A DNA stretch of 64,000 bases, from positions 18,218-82,217 of the forward strand of contig JBGSYG010000018.1 of the NCBI GenBank assembly GCA_041750995.1. The letters are read 5' to 3'. This DNA is from Pyrinomonadaceae bacterium (GTDB lineage Bacteria > Acidobacteriota > Blastocatellia > Pyrinomonadales > Pyrinomonadaceae). The position numbers and the translations under genes were made by a program. The notes under the pieces were generated by a model, which searched no databases, was not told where the DNA came from, and saw only the letters and a program-made list of their open reading frames with translations. Positions 8,050 through 17,085 of the stretch are shown piece after piece (position 1 is the first letter of the stretch; the number at the start of each line of letters is the position of its first letter).

Positions 8050-9615
8050 TCAGGACGCGGGCCGACGTGCCGCGAGCCATTCGCGCACGACTTCAACCGG
8101 CGCGCGCTTATTGGCATCGACTTCATAATTAAGACGGCGCATCTCTTCTGTCGAAATCGAGTTGGCCAGCCGCGACAGAGCTTCACCGACCTGAGGCACG
8201 CGATTCAAGGTGTCTTTGCGCAGGATATACACCGCTTCATATGGTGGAAAGTAACGGCGATCATCTGCGAGCTGCACAAAATCAAGAGCGGCGATGCGGC
8301 CTTCCGTGGAATTCCCGGCGATCAGGTCCACTTTGTTTGACGCGAGGGCAATATAGGTAAGCGAGAGATCCATTTCGCGTGGTTGGTCCGCGAACTTTAG
8401 ACCGTAAGCCTTGGAAAACCCGGGATAGCCATCGGCACGCGTCATAAAGTCTTGACCAAAGCCCGCGCGCCATTTACGCGAGTGCGGAACCGCTTCAGAA
8501 ATGGTTTTAAGGTTTAGGCGTCTGGCGTCCGCGCCTCTGACTAGAATCGCAAAAGTGTTTTCAAACCCGAGCGGTGGACTTACCTCTGCATTGAAGCGCT
8601 CGCCATATTCGCGCTTAACTTGGTCATAGACGGCGCGCGGATCAGTAATCGGCGGATGCCGCAGAATCGCCGTGTAAGCGGTGCCTGTGTATTCCGGATA
8701 CAGATCAATTCTGCCGGCAACGAGCGCGTCGTGTGGCAGATTGCCGCCAAGCTCATACTGTCGCTCAACTGTTACGCCGCGAGCCTCCAGCGACTGCGCC
8801 ATGATCTCTGCGAGCAGAATAGATTCAGTGAAGTCCTTTGATCCAACTACGACACGCGATCCACTTTCGCCGGTACCACGCCCGCGAATTGCGCTCCAAA
8901 TCCCCAGACTTGCCAGCAATCCAAAGACGACCAGGGCAACTATCCCTAGCGTGAAGCCGAGGCTTCGGTGCTTTTTGACTTTTCCTTCAACGGAAAAACG
9001 TTTCTCGAGTAACCCGAGAGAGAAGTCGGCGGCGAGCGCCATTAATGCCGCCGGTAACGCCCCCGCAAGCAGCAGATTGTTGTCGTACTGTCGCAGCCCG
9101 CGGAATATGTAGACACCTAATCCACCGGCCCCGACTGCCGCGGCAATTGTTGTCACACCCACCGAGATCACCATCGCAACTCTTACCCCGGTAAGTATGA
9201 CGCTCATTGCCAGAGGTATTTCTACTTGCTGCAAAATCTCTGTGTCAGTCATTCCCATCGCTACTGCCGCTTCACGCACATTTCGATCAACGCCGAGAAT
9301 TCCGGTGACTGTGTTACGGATTATCGGAAGCAAGGCGTAGACGACAAGTGCCACAATCGCAGTGCGCGCGCCGATGCCGCCAAGGAAAGGCAAAGGAATT
9401 AGAAAGCCGAAGAGCGCGAGGCTGGGAATCGTTTGCATAACGTTGGCAATTCCCAGAACAGGATTACGCAACGCTTTTTTTCTAGTCAAAAGAATGCCGG
9501 TAGGAATGCCAATCACAACAGCGATCAGTGTTGAGATCAAAACGAGAGTGAGGTGCTGGCCGACGAGCGTGAGCAACTCGTTCCAGTTTTGTTGGAGGAA
9601 TTGCCAAAAGTTCAT
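8050..9615 (-). CDS. ABC transporter, fused permease (N-terminal) and quaternary-amine-type substrate-binding domain (C-terminal)
   Basis: The N-terminal ~210 aa are polytopic BPD-type permease. A TM linker is followed by an OpuC/ProX-like binding domain of about 290 aa. The ATG overlaps the stop of the upstream ATPase gene (ATGA). Confidence 0.85.
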   Translation of the reverse strand: MNFWQFLQQNWNELLTLVGQHLTLVLISTLIAVVIGIPTGILLTRKKALRNPVLGIANVMQTIPSLALFGFLIPLPFLGGIGARTAIVALVVYALLPIIRNTVTGILGVDRNVREAAVAMGMTDTEILQQVEIPLAMSVILTGVRVAMVISVGVTTIAAAVGAGGLGVYIFRGLRQYDNNLLLAGALPAALMALAADFSLGLLEKRFSVEGKVKKHRSLGFTLGIVALVVFGLLASLGIWSAIRGRGTGESGSRVVVGSKDFTESILLAEIMAQSLEARGVTVERQYELGGNLPHDALVAGRIDLYPEYTGTAYTAILRHPPITDPRAVYDQVKREYGERFNAEVSPPLGFENTFAILVRGADARRLNLKTISEAVPHSRKWRAGFGQDFMTRADGYPGFSKAYGLKFADQPREMDLSLTYIALASNKVDLIAGNSTEGRIAALDFVQLADDRRYFPPYEAVYILRKDTLNRVPQVGEALSRLANSISTEEMRRLNYEVDANKRAPVEVVREWLAARRPAS

Positions 9616-10397
9616 GCGCTTCCTCCGTCCGGCTCGGCATCGACCTGCAGCTTCAACGTTTCCAGATAAGCACGAGCGTGTTCCTCTTTCGAATTGAGAA
9701 AGTTCTCGGGCGTTTCCAGCAGCAACAATCGTCCGGCCTGCATAAGAGCGATGCGGGTGCCAAGCCTCAGCGCTTCGCGCAGATCGTGAGTTACAAAAAT
9801 TGCAGTTTTGCCGAGACGGCGAGTGAGATTAACAAACTGCCGTTGCAAACTCGCGCGGGTAAGTGGATCAAGCGCCCCGAACGGTTCATCAAGCAGAAGT
9901 AGAGGCGGCTCGGCTGCGAGGGCCCGCGCGACACCAACACGTTGACGCTGGCCACCTGATAATTCTCGCGGATAGCGCTCGGCATACTTCTCCGGGTCAA
10001 GTCCGACAAGTGACAGTAGCTCGCGCACGCGATCTTTAAGCCGCGCTGCTTCCCAATTCTCAAGCGAGGGGACGAGCGCCACATTGCGTTCAACTGTGAA
10101 GTGCGGAAAAAGTCCAGCGTCCTGGATAACGTATCCCGTGCGCCGGCGCAAACGAATCGGATCCCACTCCGTCGTCGGCTTGCCTTCCACCAAAACTTCG
10201 CCGCTGGTTGGCAGATAGAGTCGATTAATTAGCTTGAGCGTTGTGGTCTTGCCGCAACCAGACTCACCCAGCAGCACAAGCGTCTCGCCGCGATGAACTT
10301 TTAGATCCAGATCGGAAAGGATTGGCGCGGGTAAGGCAGGAACGGCATAACTAACATCGCGAAACTCAACGAGCGCAGTGTTGTTGGCTTCGCTCAT
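9612..10397 (-). CDS. ABC transporter ATP-binding protein (no CBS tail)
   Basis: Walker A GESGCGKTT, signature LSGGQRQRV and Walker B LLLLDEPF are present. At 261 aa it lacks the tandem CBS domains of OpuAA/ProV-type ATPases. Confidence 0.9.
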   Translation of the reverse strand: MSEANNTALVEFRDVSYAVPALPAPILSDLDLKVHRGETLVLLGESGCGKTTTLKLINRLYLPTSGEVLVEGKPTTEWDPIRLRRRTGYVIQDAGLFPHFTVERNVALVPSLENWEAARLKDRVRELLSLVGLDPEKYAERYPRELSGGQRQRVGVARALAAEPPLLLLDEPFGALDPLTRASLQRQFVNLTRRLGKTAIFVTHDLREALRLGTRIALMQAGRLLLLETPENFLNSKEEHARAYLETLKLQVDAEPDGGSA

Positions 10398-10408
10398 CTG
10401 AGGACCAT

Positions 10409-11422
10409 TCAGTCGCTGGCTAGCAGGAGATTGCTGCTGAAGCGCTGCTGCGAATCAAGCCAGGTGCGTGAGCAGGTGTAACCAGTTTCGGCAGCCAGTT
10501 GCGCAATTCCGGGAAGATCGTATTTGTAGGAGTTTTCCGTATGAATTCGCTCGCCCGATTCGAAGTGCACTTCCATATTAAGCCCAGCGATGGTCACGGT
10601 CTGCGGCGATATGCTTTCAATGTAGATCTCAACGCGGCCAATCTCTTCGTTGTAGAAAGCGTGGTGCTTAAATGCTCGCAAGTTGAAGTTCCCGCCGAGC
10701 TCGCGATTTACTCGCGCCAAAAGGTTGAGATTGAAGGCAGCAGTCAAACCCAGCGCGTCGTCATAAGCCGGTTCCAGCACACTCCGATCTTTTTTTAGAT
10801 CTGCGCCCAACAACAAGGCATCTCCGGTTTTTAGCACTCGCCTCAGTGCGCGCAAAAACTTGGGCGCTTCGTCTCTCCCAAAGTTGCTGATATTTGAACC
10901 GAGGAAGAGTGCGAGCGTACGACCGCGCGGCTGGTGTTCGCTGAGCACCGCGAGCGCGTCAAAATATTCGGCTGCGTAAGCTTCGATTATTAACCGCGGA
11001 AAGGACTGCAACAGAATTCGCGAGCTGCTCTCCAAAGCTGAAGCGGAAATATCCACCGGCATAAACACTAAACTCGATTGTTTCTTAAGCAGGGCTTCAA
11101 TAATTAACCGAGTCTTGGAAGCGCTGCCACTACCCATCTCGAGCAATGTCTTTTCACCGCTGACCGAATCCACAATCTCGCCGGCGTAGCGTTCGATAAT
11201 TTCGTTTTCAGCTCGCGTTAAGTAGTACTCAGGCAGCAGGCAAATGGCGTCGAAGAGTTGTGAACCAAGTGCGTCGTAGAAATATTTCGGCGAAAGACGC
11301 TTTGGCGAGGAAGAAAAACCACGGCGCACGTCGTCCGCAAAACCCGCAGAAGGATCAAACCTGACAAGGTTATGGATTAGGAGCTTCTGTCCGTCTGCCT
11401 GGGCCGGTTCTGTTTGCGCCAA
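10409..11422 (-). CDS. egtD: L-histidine N-alpha-methyltransferase (hercynine-forming, EgtD family)
   Basis: The protein is collinear with mycobacterial EgtD as I remember it, through YFYDALGSQLFDAI, LEMGSGSASKT, FLGSNISNF, AYDDALGLTAAFN and TENSYKY. The start is TTG 11422, with AAGGAG 7 nt upstream. Confidence 0.8.
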   Translation of the reverse strand: MAQTEPAQADGQKLLIHNLVRFDPSAGFADDVRRGFSSSPKRLSPKYFYDALGSQLFDAICLLPEYYLTRAENEIIERYAGEIVDSVSGEKTLLEMGSGSASKTRLIIEALLKKQSSLVFMPVDISASALESSSRILLQSFPRLIIEAYAAEYFDALAVLSEHQPRGRTLALFLGSNISNFGRDEAPKFLRALRRVLKTGDALLLGADLKKDRSVLEPAYDDALGLTAAFNLNLLARVNRELGGNFNLRAFKHHAFYNEEIGRVEIYIESISPQTVTIAGLNMEVHFESGERIHTENSYKYDLPGIAQLAAETGYTCSRTWLDSQQRFSSNLLLASD

Positions 11423-11634
11423 GTGAACTCTCCTTGCCCTGCCGCGCTCCTGCAGAGATTGCTAAGTTTGTTGGACCGAGGGACGGCTATGATAACTGAT
11501 TGCCATGAGAGGCAGAAACTGTGAGCGGCTCTCAATGGCTGATTGATGGCGTAAAGCCACATTAAAAGTTTGAAGGATACTTTCGGTGGCGCAAAAGCCA
11601 GAATCATGAGTCCAGATTCCGGGCGGAACCAGCT

Positions 11635-11700
11635 AATCGGCAATCGCCAATCCGCAATCGCCAATCCGCAATCGCCAATCCGCAATCGCCAATCGGGCAA
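11635..11700. repeat. Heptamer array AATCGCC/AATCCGC, about 9 units
   Basis: Read directly. It lies in the divergent spacer between egtD and the vWA gene. Confidence 0.9.
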
Positions 11701-11745
11701 TTCCCTCGGCTTGACCACAACCGCTTTGCTCGGCAAGATCAGCGC

Positions 11746-13452
11746 ATGACTTTTGTGTTTGCGCGAAAGCTCTTGACCACTTTGTTCCCTGCAATCGTAT
11801 TCATGTTCGCTTCGGGTTCTACCACCCACGCCCAGAGTTATCAGCGCGAAATCGACACCCCGGAAAAGGTTTCGATTTCCGTAATAAATCGCAATGGGCG
11901 CGCCAGTATCATCGCCAGCGATGAGCAACAGAAGAAGGTCACGATAGAAGCCTCTTCCCGCGGCGCCGCGGTTGATCCGTCTGATCTGCAAATCGAAGCC
12001 AAGGGCGCCTCGATCGAAATCACTGTACGCGATCGCTCTGAGAGAGATCGCATCGATCTAGTCGCACGTATCCCGGTGCGCTCCAAAGTGAAAGTCGAGA
12101 CTGACGGCGGGGCCATCGACGTGGTTGGCAATCTGGAGCTTGCCGAAGTGCAAACAGACACCGGCACAATACACGCCGACGTCCCGCTCGAAGCTTTGCA
12201 ATTCAAATTCTTGTGGCAAGCGAGTAAACCGCGTTACCTCAGTGACGTCGAACTTCCGGAGGTCAAGGAAAAGCGCGGCGGTGTCTTTTCGATTTCCGGC
12301 AAGCTGGGCGAGAAGAAACCGAAAAAAGAAGAGCGAGTGCGTCTGGATTTCTTAACGCAACGTGGCGTTGTCCTGCTGAACGTTGATCCCAGCATGGTGC
12401 CCAGCGACTTGCGCGAACGGCCACTGACGGAAGCATCGCGAGCGATCGTGCGCAGTGGTGATCGCGAACTTGTTGACGCGATCCGCAAAGTTTCTCCCAA
12501 GCTGTTTGGCGATTATGCGAAGACTCTGCCGCCGATCGAAAAAGAGCCGACCCTGGTGCGTCGCGCCGCGCCCGGTCCTGTTGTCTCAATGGTTACACCG
12601 CAATTGATGAGGGTGAACGCCAGCGTCACCGATCGTAATGGCCGAGCCGTCGGCGGTATGAAAGAAAACGACTTTTCGGTACAGGAAAATGGAGTCGAAC
12701 GGCAGGTTAAGAGTGTTACGCCTGCCAATGAACCCTTCAATCTGGTGTTGCTCCTCGACGTTTCCGGGAGTGTCGAAGAGCGGATCGATTTCATCCGCAA
12801 AGCTGCGCGCGACTTTCTCAACACTGCTAGCCCGCAAGATCGTATTTCAATCATCAGCTTCCGCGACGACATTCAGGTGATTTCTGACTTCACCACCAAC
12901 CGGCGCTTGTTATCAAAAAAACTTGATGAGATTGACGCTGGGGGTGCGACTGCACTTTACGATGCTCTTGCCTATGTGCTCTCCGAGCCCTTGAAAAAGT
13001 TGCACGGAGAACGCACCGCGATAGTTGTGTTGTCAGACGGCGACGATAACAAATCCTTTGTCCCCTTTCCTGCGTTGCTTGAAGCTTTTAATGAGTCTGG
13101 AGCTCTCATCTATCCCCTGTACGTCCCCTCCGGCTTGATCCCGGAATCAAGTGTGCCTAAGTCGGAAACAACGCGAGACCCTTTGCGGACTCGCTACCTA
13201 ACGTTGACCACGCGAGCTGAAGAAGAAGGTCGGAAACTGGCGGCGGTCTCGGGTGGCGTCTATTACCCGGTGCGGCGCATTGAAGATCTGCAACGCGCGT
13301 ATGACGATGTGGTCCTCCAGCTGCGCACCGCTTATACGATCACGTACGCTTCAAACTCAACACCATCAGGTAACCGGCGAGTTCGTGTCAGGGCAAATCG
13401 CGAAGGTGCTTCAGTGCGGCTTAGTCCAGTGGTGACCGTCTCTAACCCTTAG
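11746..13452 (+). CDS. Secreted two-part protein: N-terminal beta-rich domain plus C-terminal vWA domain (acidobacterial VWFA-related type)
   Basis: Signal peptide MTFVFARKLLTTLFPAIVFMFASGSTTHA. The vWA MIDAS motif is LLDVSGS. The C-terminal half is collinear with the two vWA proteins at 36145-38320. Confidence 0.8.
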   Translation: MTFVFARKLLTTLFPAIVFMFASGSTTHAQSYQREIDTPEKVSISVINRNGRASIIASDEQQKKVTIEASSRGAAVDPSDLQIEAKGASIEITVRDRSERDRIDLVARIPVRSKVKVETDGGAIDVVGNLELAEVQTDTGTIHADVPLEALQFKFLWQASKPRYLSDVELPEVKEKRGGVFSISGKLGEKKPKKEERVRLDFLTQRGVVLLNVDPSMVPSDLRERPLTEASRAIVRSGDRELVDAIRKVSPKLFGDYAKTLPPIEKEPTLVRRAAPGPVVSMVTPQLMRVNASVTDRNGRAVGGMKENDFSVQENGVERQVKSVTPANEPFNLVLLLDVSGSVEERIDFIRKAARDFLNTASPQDRISIISFRDDIQVISDFTTNRRLLSKKLDEIDAGGATALYDALAYVLSEPLKKLHGERTAIVVLSDGDDNKSFVPFPALLEAFNESGALIYPLYVPSGLIPESSVPKSETTRDPLRTRYLTLTTRAEEEGRKLAAVSGGVYYPVRRIEDLQRAYDDVVLQLRTAYTITYASNSTPSGNRRVRVRANREGASVRLSPVVTVSNP

Positions 13453-13584
13453 TCGCAACGAATGCGTCCTTAGGGCGCTAGCGCAGAGGGTGGATCTAGC
13501 TAAAATCCAAATATTAGTAAGTGAGCAGTTGATCCAGCCAGCGGTTTTACTTTTCATCTCCCATCCTGCATTCTTTTCATTCTT

Positions 13585-14994
13585 ATGAGCCAACCGCTCT
13601 TTTCCGCCCTTTTTGATGAGACTGAACGCCGGCCACAAACTGTTTCCGAACTGACAGGGGCGGTGCGGAAATCTCTGGAGTCGCGTTTCTCTTCAGTCTG
13701 GGTTGAAGGGGAAATCTCAAACTTTAAGGCCCACTCATCGGGTCATTGGTACTTCACGCTCAAAGACGAGAGCGCACAATTGCGCGCGAAGTGCTTTCGC
13801 TCTACCAACAGTCGCATTCGTTTTCGTCCCACTGACGGTCTGTACGTGCGTGCTCGCGGACGGTTAAGCGTTTACGAACCGCGTGGCGAGTACGAGCTGG
13901 TAGTAGAAGCACTCGATCCGGTAGGCGAAGGCGCCTTACGAATTGCCTTCGAACAACTACGCGACAAGCTACAAGCGGAAGGTTTGTTTGCGCGCGACCT
14001 AAAACGTCCTCTCCCAGTTTTTCCTCGCCGCGTGGGCATCGTGACATCGCCAACGGGCGCCGCCATTCGCGACATACTCAATGTGATCTCACGCCGCACG
14101 CGGACCGTGCATGTGCTCTTTTCGCCAGCTCGGGTTCAGGGCGAGGGTGCTGGACGTGATATTGCGCGGGCAATTCGCCTGATAAACGAACACCACAAAG
14201 CAGCCGTCCAACGCGGTAAATCAGATGAGCTGGTCGACGTCTTGATTGTGGGTCGCGGCGGGGGCTCAACCGAAGACCTGTGGGCTTTCAACGAAGAAGA
14301 AGTTGCGCGCGCGATTCGCGCCTCGGCTATTCCTGTGATTTCGGCCGTCGGTCATGAAACAGACTTTACGATTGCGGATTTCACAGCCGACTTGCGCGCG
14401 CCCACTCCTTCAGCCGCAGCGGAACTGGTCGCGGCAAAGGAAGATGAGCTCTGCTCCACTCTTGCGGAGTTGGGAAGGAACCTTTCGCGGCTGATGCGCT
14501 TCCGAATTAGTTCCGCCCGCAACCGCGTACAGCAACAAGCATTGTCGCAAGCATTTGATGAAGTACGCGGACGCTTGCGAGCGGCGCATCGGGAAAGCAG
14601 CGCGGCCACGCATCGACTGCATTTGTTGATGACACATGCCCTGCGCACCACCCATGGTCGTTCGGAGCGGATCGCTTTTCAGTTATCTCCGGAGCGGTTG
14701 CAGGCACGTTTGGGACAGGCCAGAATGCGCTTCAACGCCGCTCAATCGGATTGCAACGCCGCATTTCTTTCTCGACTGGAAATACCCCGTGCGCGCTTGG
14801 GCCGCGTAGCGGCTTCGCTCGATGCACTCTCGCCCCTCGCAGTGCTGCAACGCGGCTACGCGATTGCCGAAGATGCCGACGGGCGTTTGTTAAGAGACGC
14901 AAGTTCAGTTTCGCCGGGCGATCAGCTGCGTGTCCGCCTGGCGATGGGACGCATTACAGCGCGAGTGGAAGACGCTGAAACTAATGACGAATAA
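13585..14994 (+). CDS. xseA: Exodeoxyribonuclease VII large subunit
   Basis: It has an N-terminal OB fold (VWVEGEISNFK..SGHWYFTLKD) and a GRGGGSTEDLWAFNEE core. xseB follows it. Confidence 0.9.
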   Translation: MSQPLFSALFDETERRPQTVSELTGAVRKSLESRFSSVWVEGEISNFKAHSSGHWYFTLKDESAQLRAKCFRSTNSRIRFRPTDGLYVRARGRLSVYEPRGEYELVVEALDPVGEGALRIAFEQLRDKLQAEGLFARDLKRPLPVFPRRVGIVTSPTGAAIRDILNVISRRTRTVHVLFSPARVQGEGAGRDIARAIRLINEHHKAAVQRGKSDELVDVLIVGRGGGSTEDLWAFNEEEVARAIRASAIPVISAVGHETDFTIADFTADLRAPTPSAAAELVAAKEDELCSTLAELGRNLSRLMRFRISSARNRVQQQALSQAFDEVRGRLRAAHRESSAATHRLHLLMTHALRTTHGRSERIAFQLSPERLQARLGQARMRFNAAQSDCNAAFLSRLEIPRARLGRVAASLDALSPLAVLQRGYAIAEDADGRLLRDASSVSPGDQLRVRLAMGRITARVEDAETNDE

Positions 14995-15262
14995 CGAAAC
15001 AAAACCCAGGACCTTCGAATCATCACTTGAGGCGCTCGAGCAGATTGTGCATCAGCTTGAGGAAGGCGATCTACCGCTCGAAAAGAGTCTTGAACTCTTC
15101 GAGCAAGGAATCCGGCTTTCGCGCGAATGTCAGGAACGACTGGGTCAGGCTGAGCGTCGCATCGAAGTTCTGCTGCGCGACAGCCAGGGCCGGCCCACGG
15201 TCAGCGAATTCGCCGCTGAGCAGGACTCGAATGGTTTTCCTGACGGCGGGCAACAAAGGTGA
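14984..15262 (+). CDS. xseB: Exodeoxyribonuclease VII small subunit
   Basis: FESSLEALEQIVHQLEEGDLPLEKSLELFEQGIRLSRECQ is typical of XseB. I placed the start at ATG 14984, which overlaps the xseA end by 11 nt; the track start is 14930. Confidence 0.85.
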   Translation: MTNNETKPRTFESSLEALEQIVHQLEEGDLPLEKSLELFEQGIRLSRECQERLGQAERRIEVLLRDSQGRPTVSEFAAEQDSNGFPDGGQQR

Positions 15263-16182
15263 TGACGTCGCTTTCTCTCAAGGATGACGCCGAGCTTGCT
15301 CCGCTTGCTGATTTTTTCAGCCGCGGCCGCGCACTCATCGACGCAAAGCTGGAGGAACTGCTCCCGGCGGAGACTCGCGAGCCGGTTGCCGTTCACAGCG
15401 CGATCCGTTGGAGTGTATTTGCTGGGGGTAAACGTTTTCGACCGCTCTTGTTGCTCGCTGCAGGGGAGACGCTCGGAGCTGGGCGCGATGAATTACTGGC
15501 GACCGCCTGCGCGCTCGAGATGATTCATACCTATTCCCTCATCCATGACGATCTGCCTTCGATGGATAACGACGATCTACGTCGCGGCCGCCCTACTTGT
15601 CACATCCGCTTTGGAGAAGCGACTGCGATTCTCGCTGGCGATGCGTTACAGAGTCTTGCTTTTCAAACGATCGCCGAGGACGAAGGCCTCGACGCTTCGC
15701 AACGTCTCAAGTTGATTGCTGAATTGGCTGGCGCTGCGGGAACGCCGCACGGCATGGTGGCCGGTCAAGCCCTGGATCTTGAGGCTGAGTCGCGGGAGGT
15801 TAGCGGGATAGAACTGGAGCAGAGTCATGGCTTAAAAACTGGAGCCTTGATTAGCGCCGCGGCGCGCTGTGGTGCGCTGATCGCTAACGCTGACGAAGTG
15901 GAATTGAATCTGATCACACGTTACGCCGAGCAGCTTGGTTTGCTGTTCCAGATTACCGACGACCTGCTTGATGTCACTGCGAATGCTGAGACTCTGGGAA
16001 AAACTCCAGGGAAGGATGCCCGCTCGCGGAAAGCTACTTTCCCCAGCATTTATGGCATTGAGGCGACACGCGAACGTGCGCGCGGGGTGCACCAGGAAGC
16101 GCTCGCCGCGCTGGCAGATTTAAACCGCAACACCGCCCAGCTGCATGCAATCGCGAATTTTATTCTTGAGAGGAAGTCGTGA
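15259..16182 (+). CDS. ispA: (2E,6E)-farnesyl/geranylgeranyl diphosphate synthase
   Basis: The two Asp-rich motifs LIHDDLPSMDNDDLRRG and FQITDDLLD are present. The gene sits in the conserved xseA-xseB-ispA arrangement. Confidence 0.85.
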   Translation: MMTSLSLKDDAELAPLADFFSRGRALIDAKLEELLPAETREPVAVHSAIRWSVFAGGKRFRPLLLLAAGETLGAGRDELLATACALEMIHTYSLIHDDLPSMDNDDLRRGRPTCHIRFGEATAILAGDALQSLAFQTIAEDEGLDASQRLKLIAELAGAAGTPHGMVAGQALDLEAESREVSGIELEQSHGLKTGALISAAARCGALIANADEVELNLITRYAEQLGLLFQITDDLLDVTANAETLGKTPGKDARSRKATFPSIYGIEATRERARGVHQEALAALADLNRNTAQLHAIANFILERKS

Positions 16183-16187
16183 AGGAT

Positions 16188-16403
16188 GGTCTTTGGATTT
16201 TGGTCTTTGGTCTTTGATTTAGCTGTGATTGAACTTGAACTTTGAACTTTGTTCTTTGTACTTGGTTTTTAGCTGCGCTGCTTGAGAATGTCGACGACAA
16301 GAATCAAGTTACGTAGGCGAACAAAGTTCGAAGTTCAAAGTACTAGGATACTAATTTTTCCAAAGACCAAAGACCAAAGACCAAAGACCAAAGACCAAAA
16401 ACC
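16188..16403. repeat. Composite mirrored heptamer arrays: left arm 16188-16270 (GGTCTTT.. then GAACTTT..), centre 16271-16318, right arm 16319-16403 (CAAAGTTC.. then CAAAGAC x6)
   Basis: The right arm carries the reverse-complement words in reversed order, giving a potential imperfect hairpin with arms of about 85 nt. Confidence 0.9.
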
Positions 16404-16413
16404 TACTTTTAAC

Positions 16414-17085
16414 ATGCTGATTGATCTTAGTCACACCGTCGAGCACGGCATGATCACTTACAAAGGTCTGCCGGGCCCGATCATCTCCGACCACCTCAGC
16501 CGCGAAGCTTCGAAGTCGAATTATGAAGCCGGTACTGAGTTCCATATTGGCCGGATTGAGATGGTAGCCAACACCGGCACCTACCTCGACAGCCCCTTTC
16601 ATCGTTATCCCGAAGGCAAAGATCTGTCTCAGCTTGAGCTGAGCTCGCTCGCCAATCTTGAAGGTGTGCTAGTGCGTTGTTTGACTGCCGGAACCGATCC
16701 GAGCCAGCGCGGAATTTCTACGGAAACGCTGGCCAGCAGAAACTTAAAGGGCAAGGCTGTTTTGTTCCACACCGGATGGGATCGTCATTGGCGCACTGAG
16801 AAGTATTCTGATGGCACTCATCCTTTCCTAACCGCCCAGACTGCGGAATTTCTCGCAAACGCGCGACCAGCCATCGTAGGAATCGATTCTTTCAACATCG
16901 ACGATACCAGTGTGGGCCGGCGGCCCGCCCACTCGCTCCTGCTCGCCGCGGAGATTCTCATCGTCGAACACCTCTGCAACCTCGACGCGCTTTCCGACTC
17001 AGACTTCCGCTTCTTCGCCGTCCCCGTAAAAGTAAAAGCCTTCGGCACCTTTCCCGTGCGCGCCTTCGCCGTCAGACGAGAATAG
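16414..17085 (+). CDS. Cyclase-family (kynurenine-formamidase-like) protein, metal motif degenerate
   Basis: The protein starts MLIDLSHTVEHGM. The region ANTGTYLDSPFH aligns with the family motif HxGTHxDxPxH but lacks two of the His residues. I moved the start to ATG 16414; the track N-terminus (KTKDQRPKTKDQ) is translated repeat. Confidence 0.7.
   Translation: MLIDLSHTVEHGMITYKGLPGPIISDHLSREASKSNYEAGTEFHIGRIEMVANTGTYLDSPFHRYPEGKDLSQLELSSLANLEGVLVRCLTAGTDPSQRGISTETLASRNLKGKAVLFHTGWDRHWRTEKYSDGTHPFLTAQTAEFLANARPAIVGIDSFNIDDTSVGRRPAHSLLLAAEILIVEHLCNLDALSDSDFRFFAVPVKVKAFGTFPVRAFAVRRE

Noticed and set aside
11377-11991. 204-aa minus-strand ORF spanning the egtD/vWA divergent spacer
   Set aside because: It covers the promoter region, the AATCGCC array (DWRLRIGDCGLAIADWRL) and the antisense strand of the vWA gene start. 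I recognise no family.
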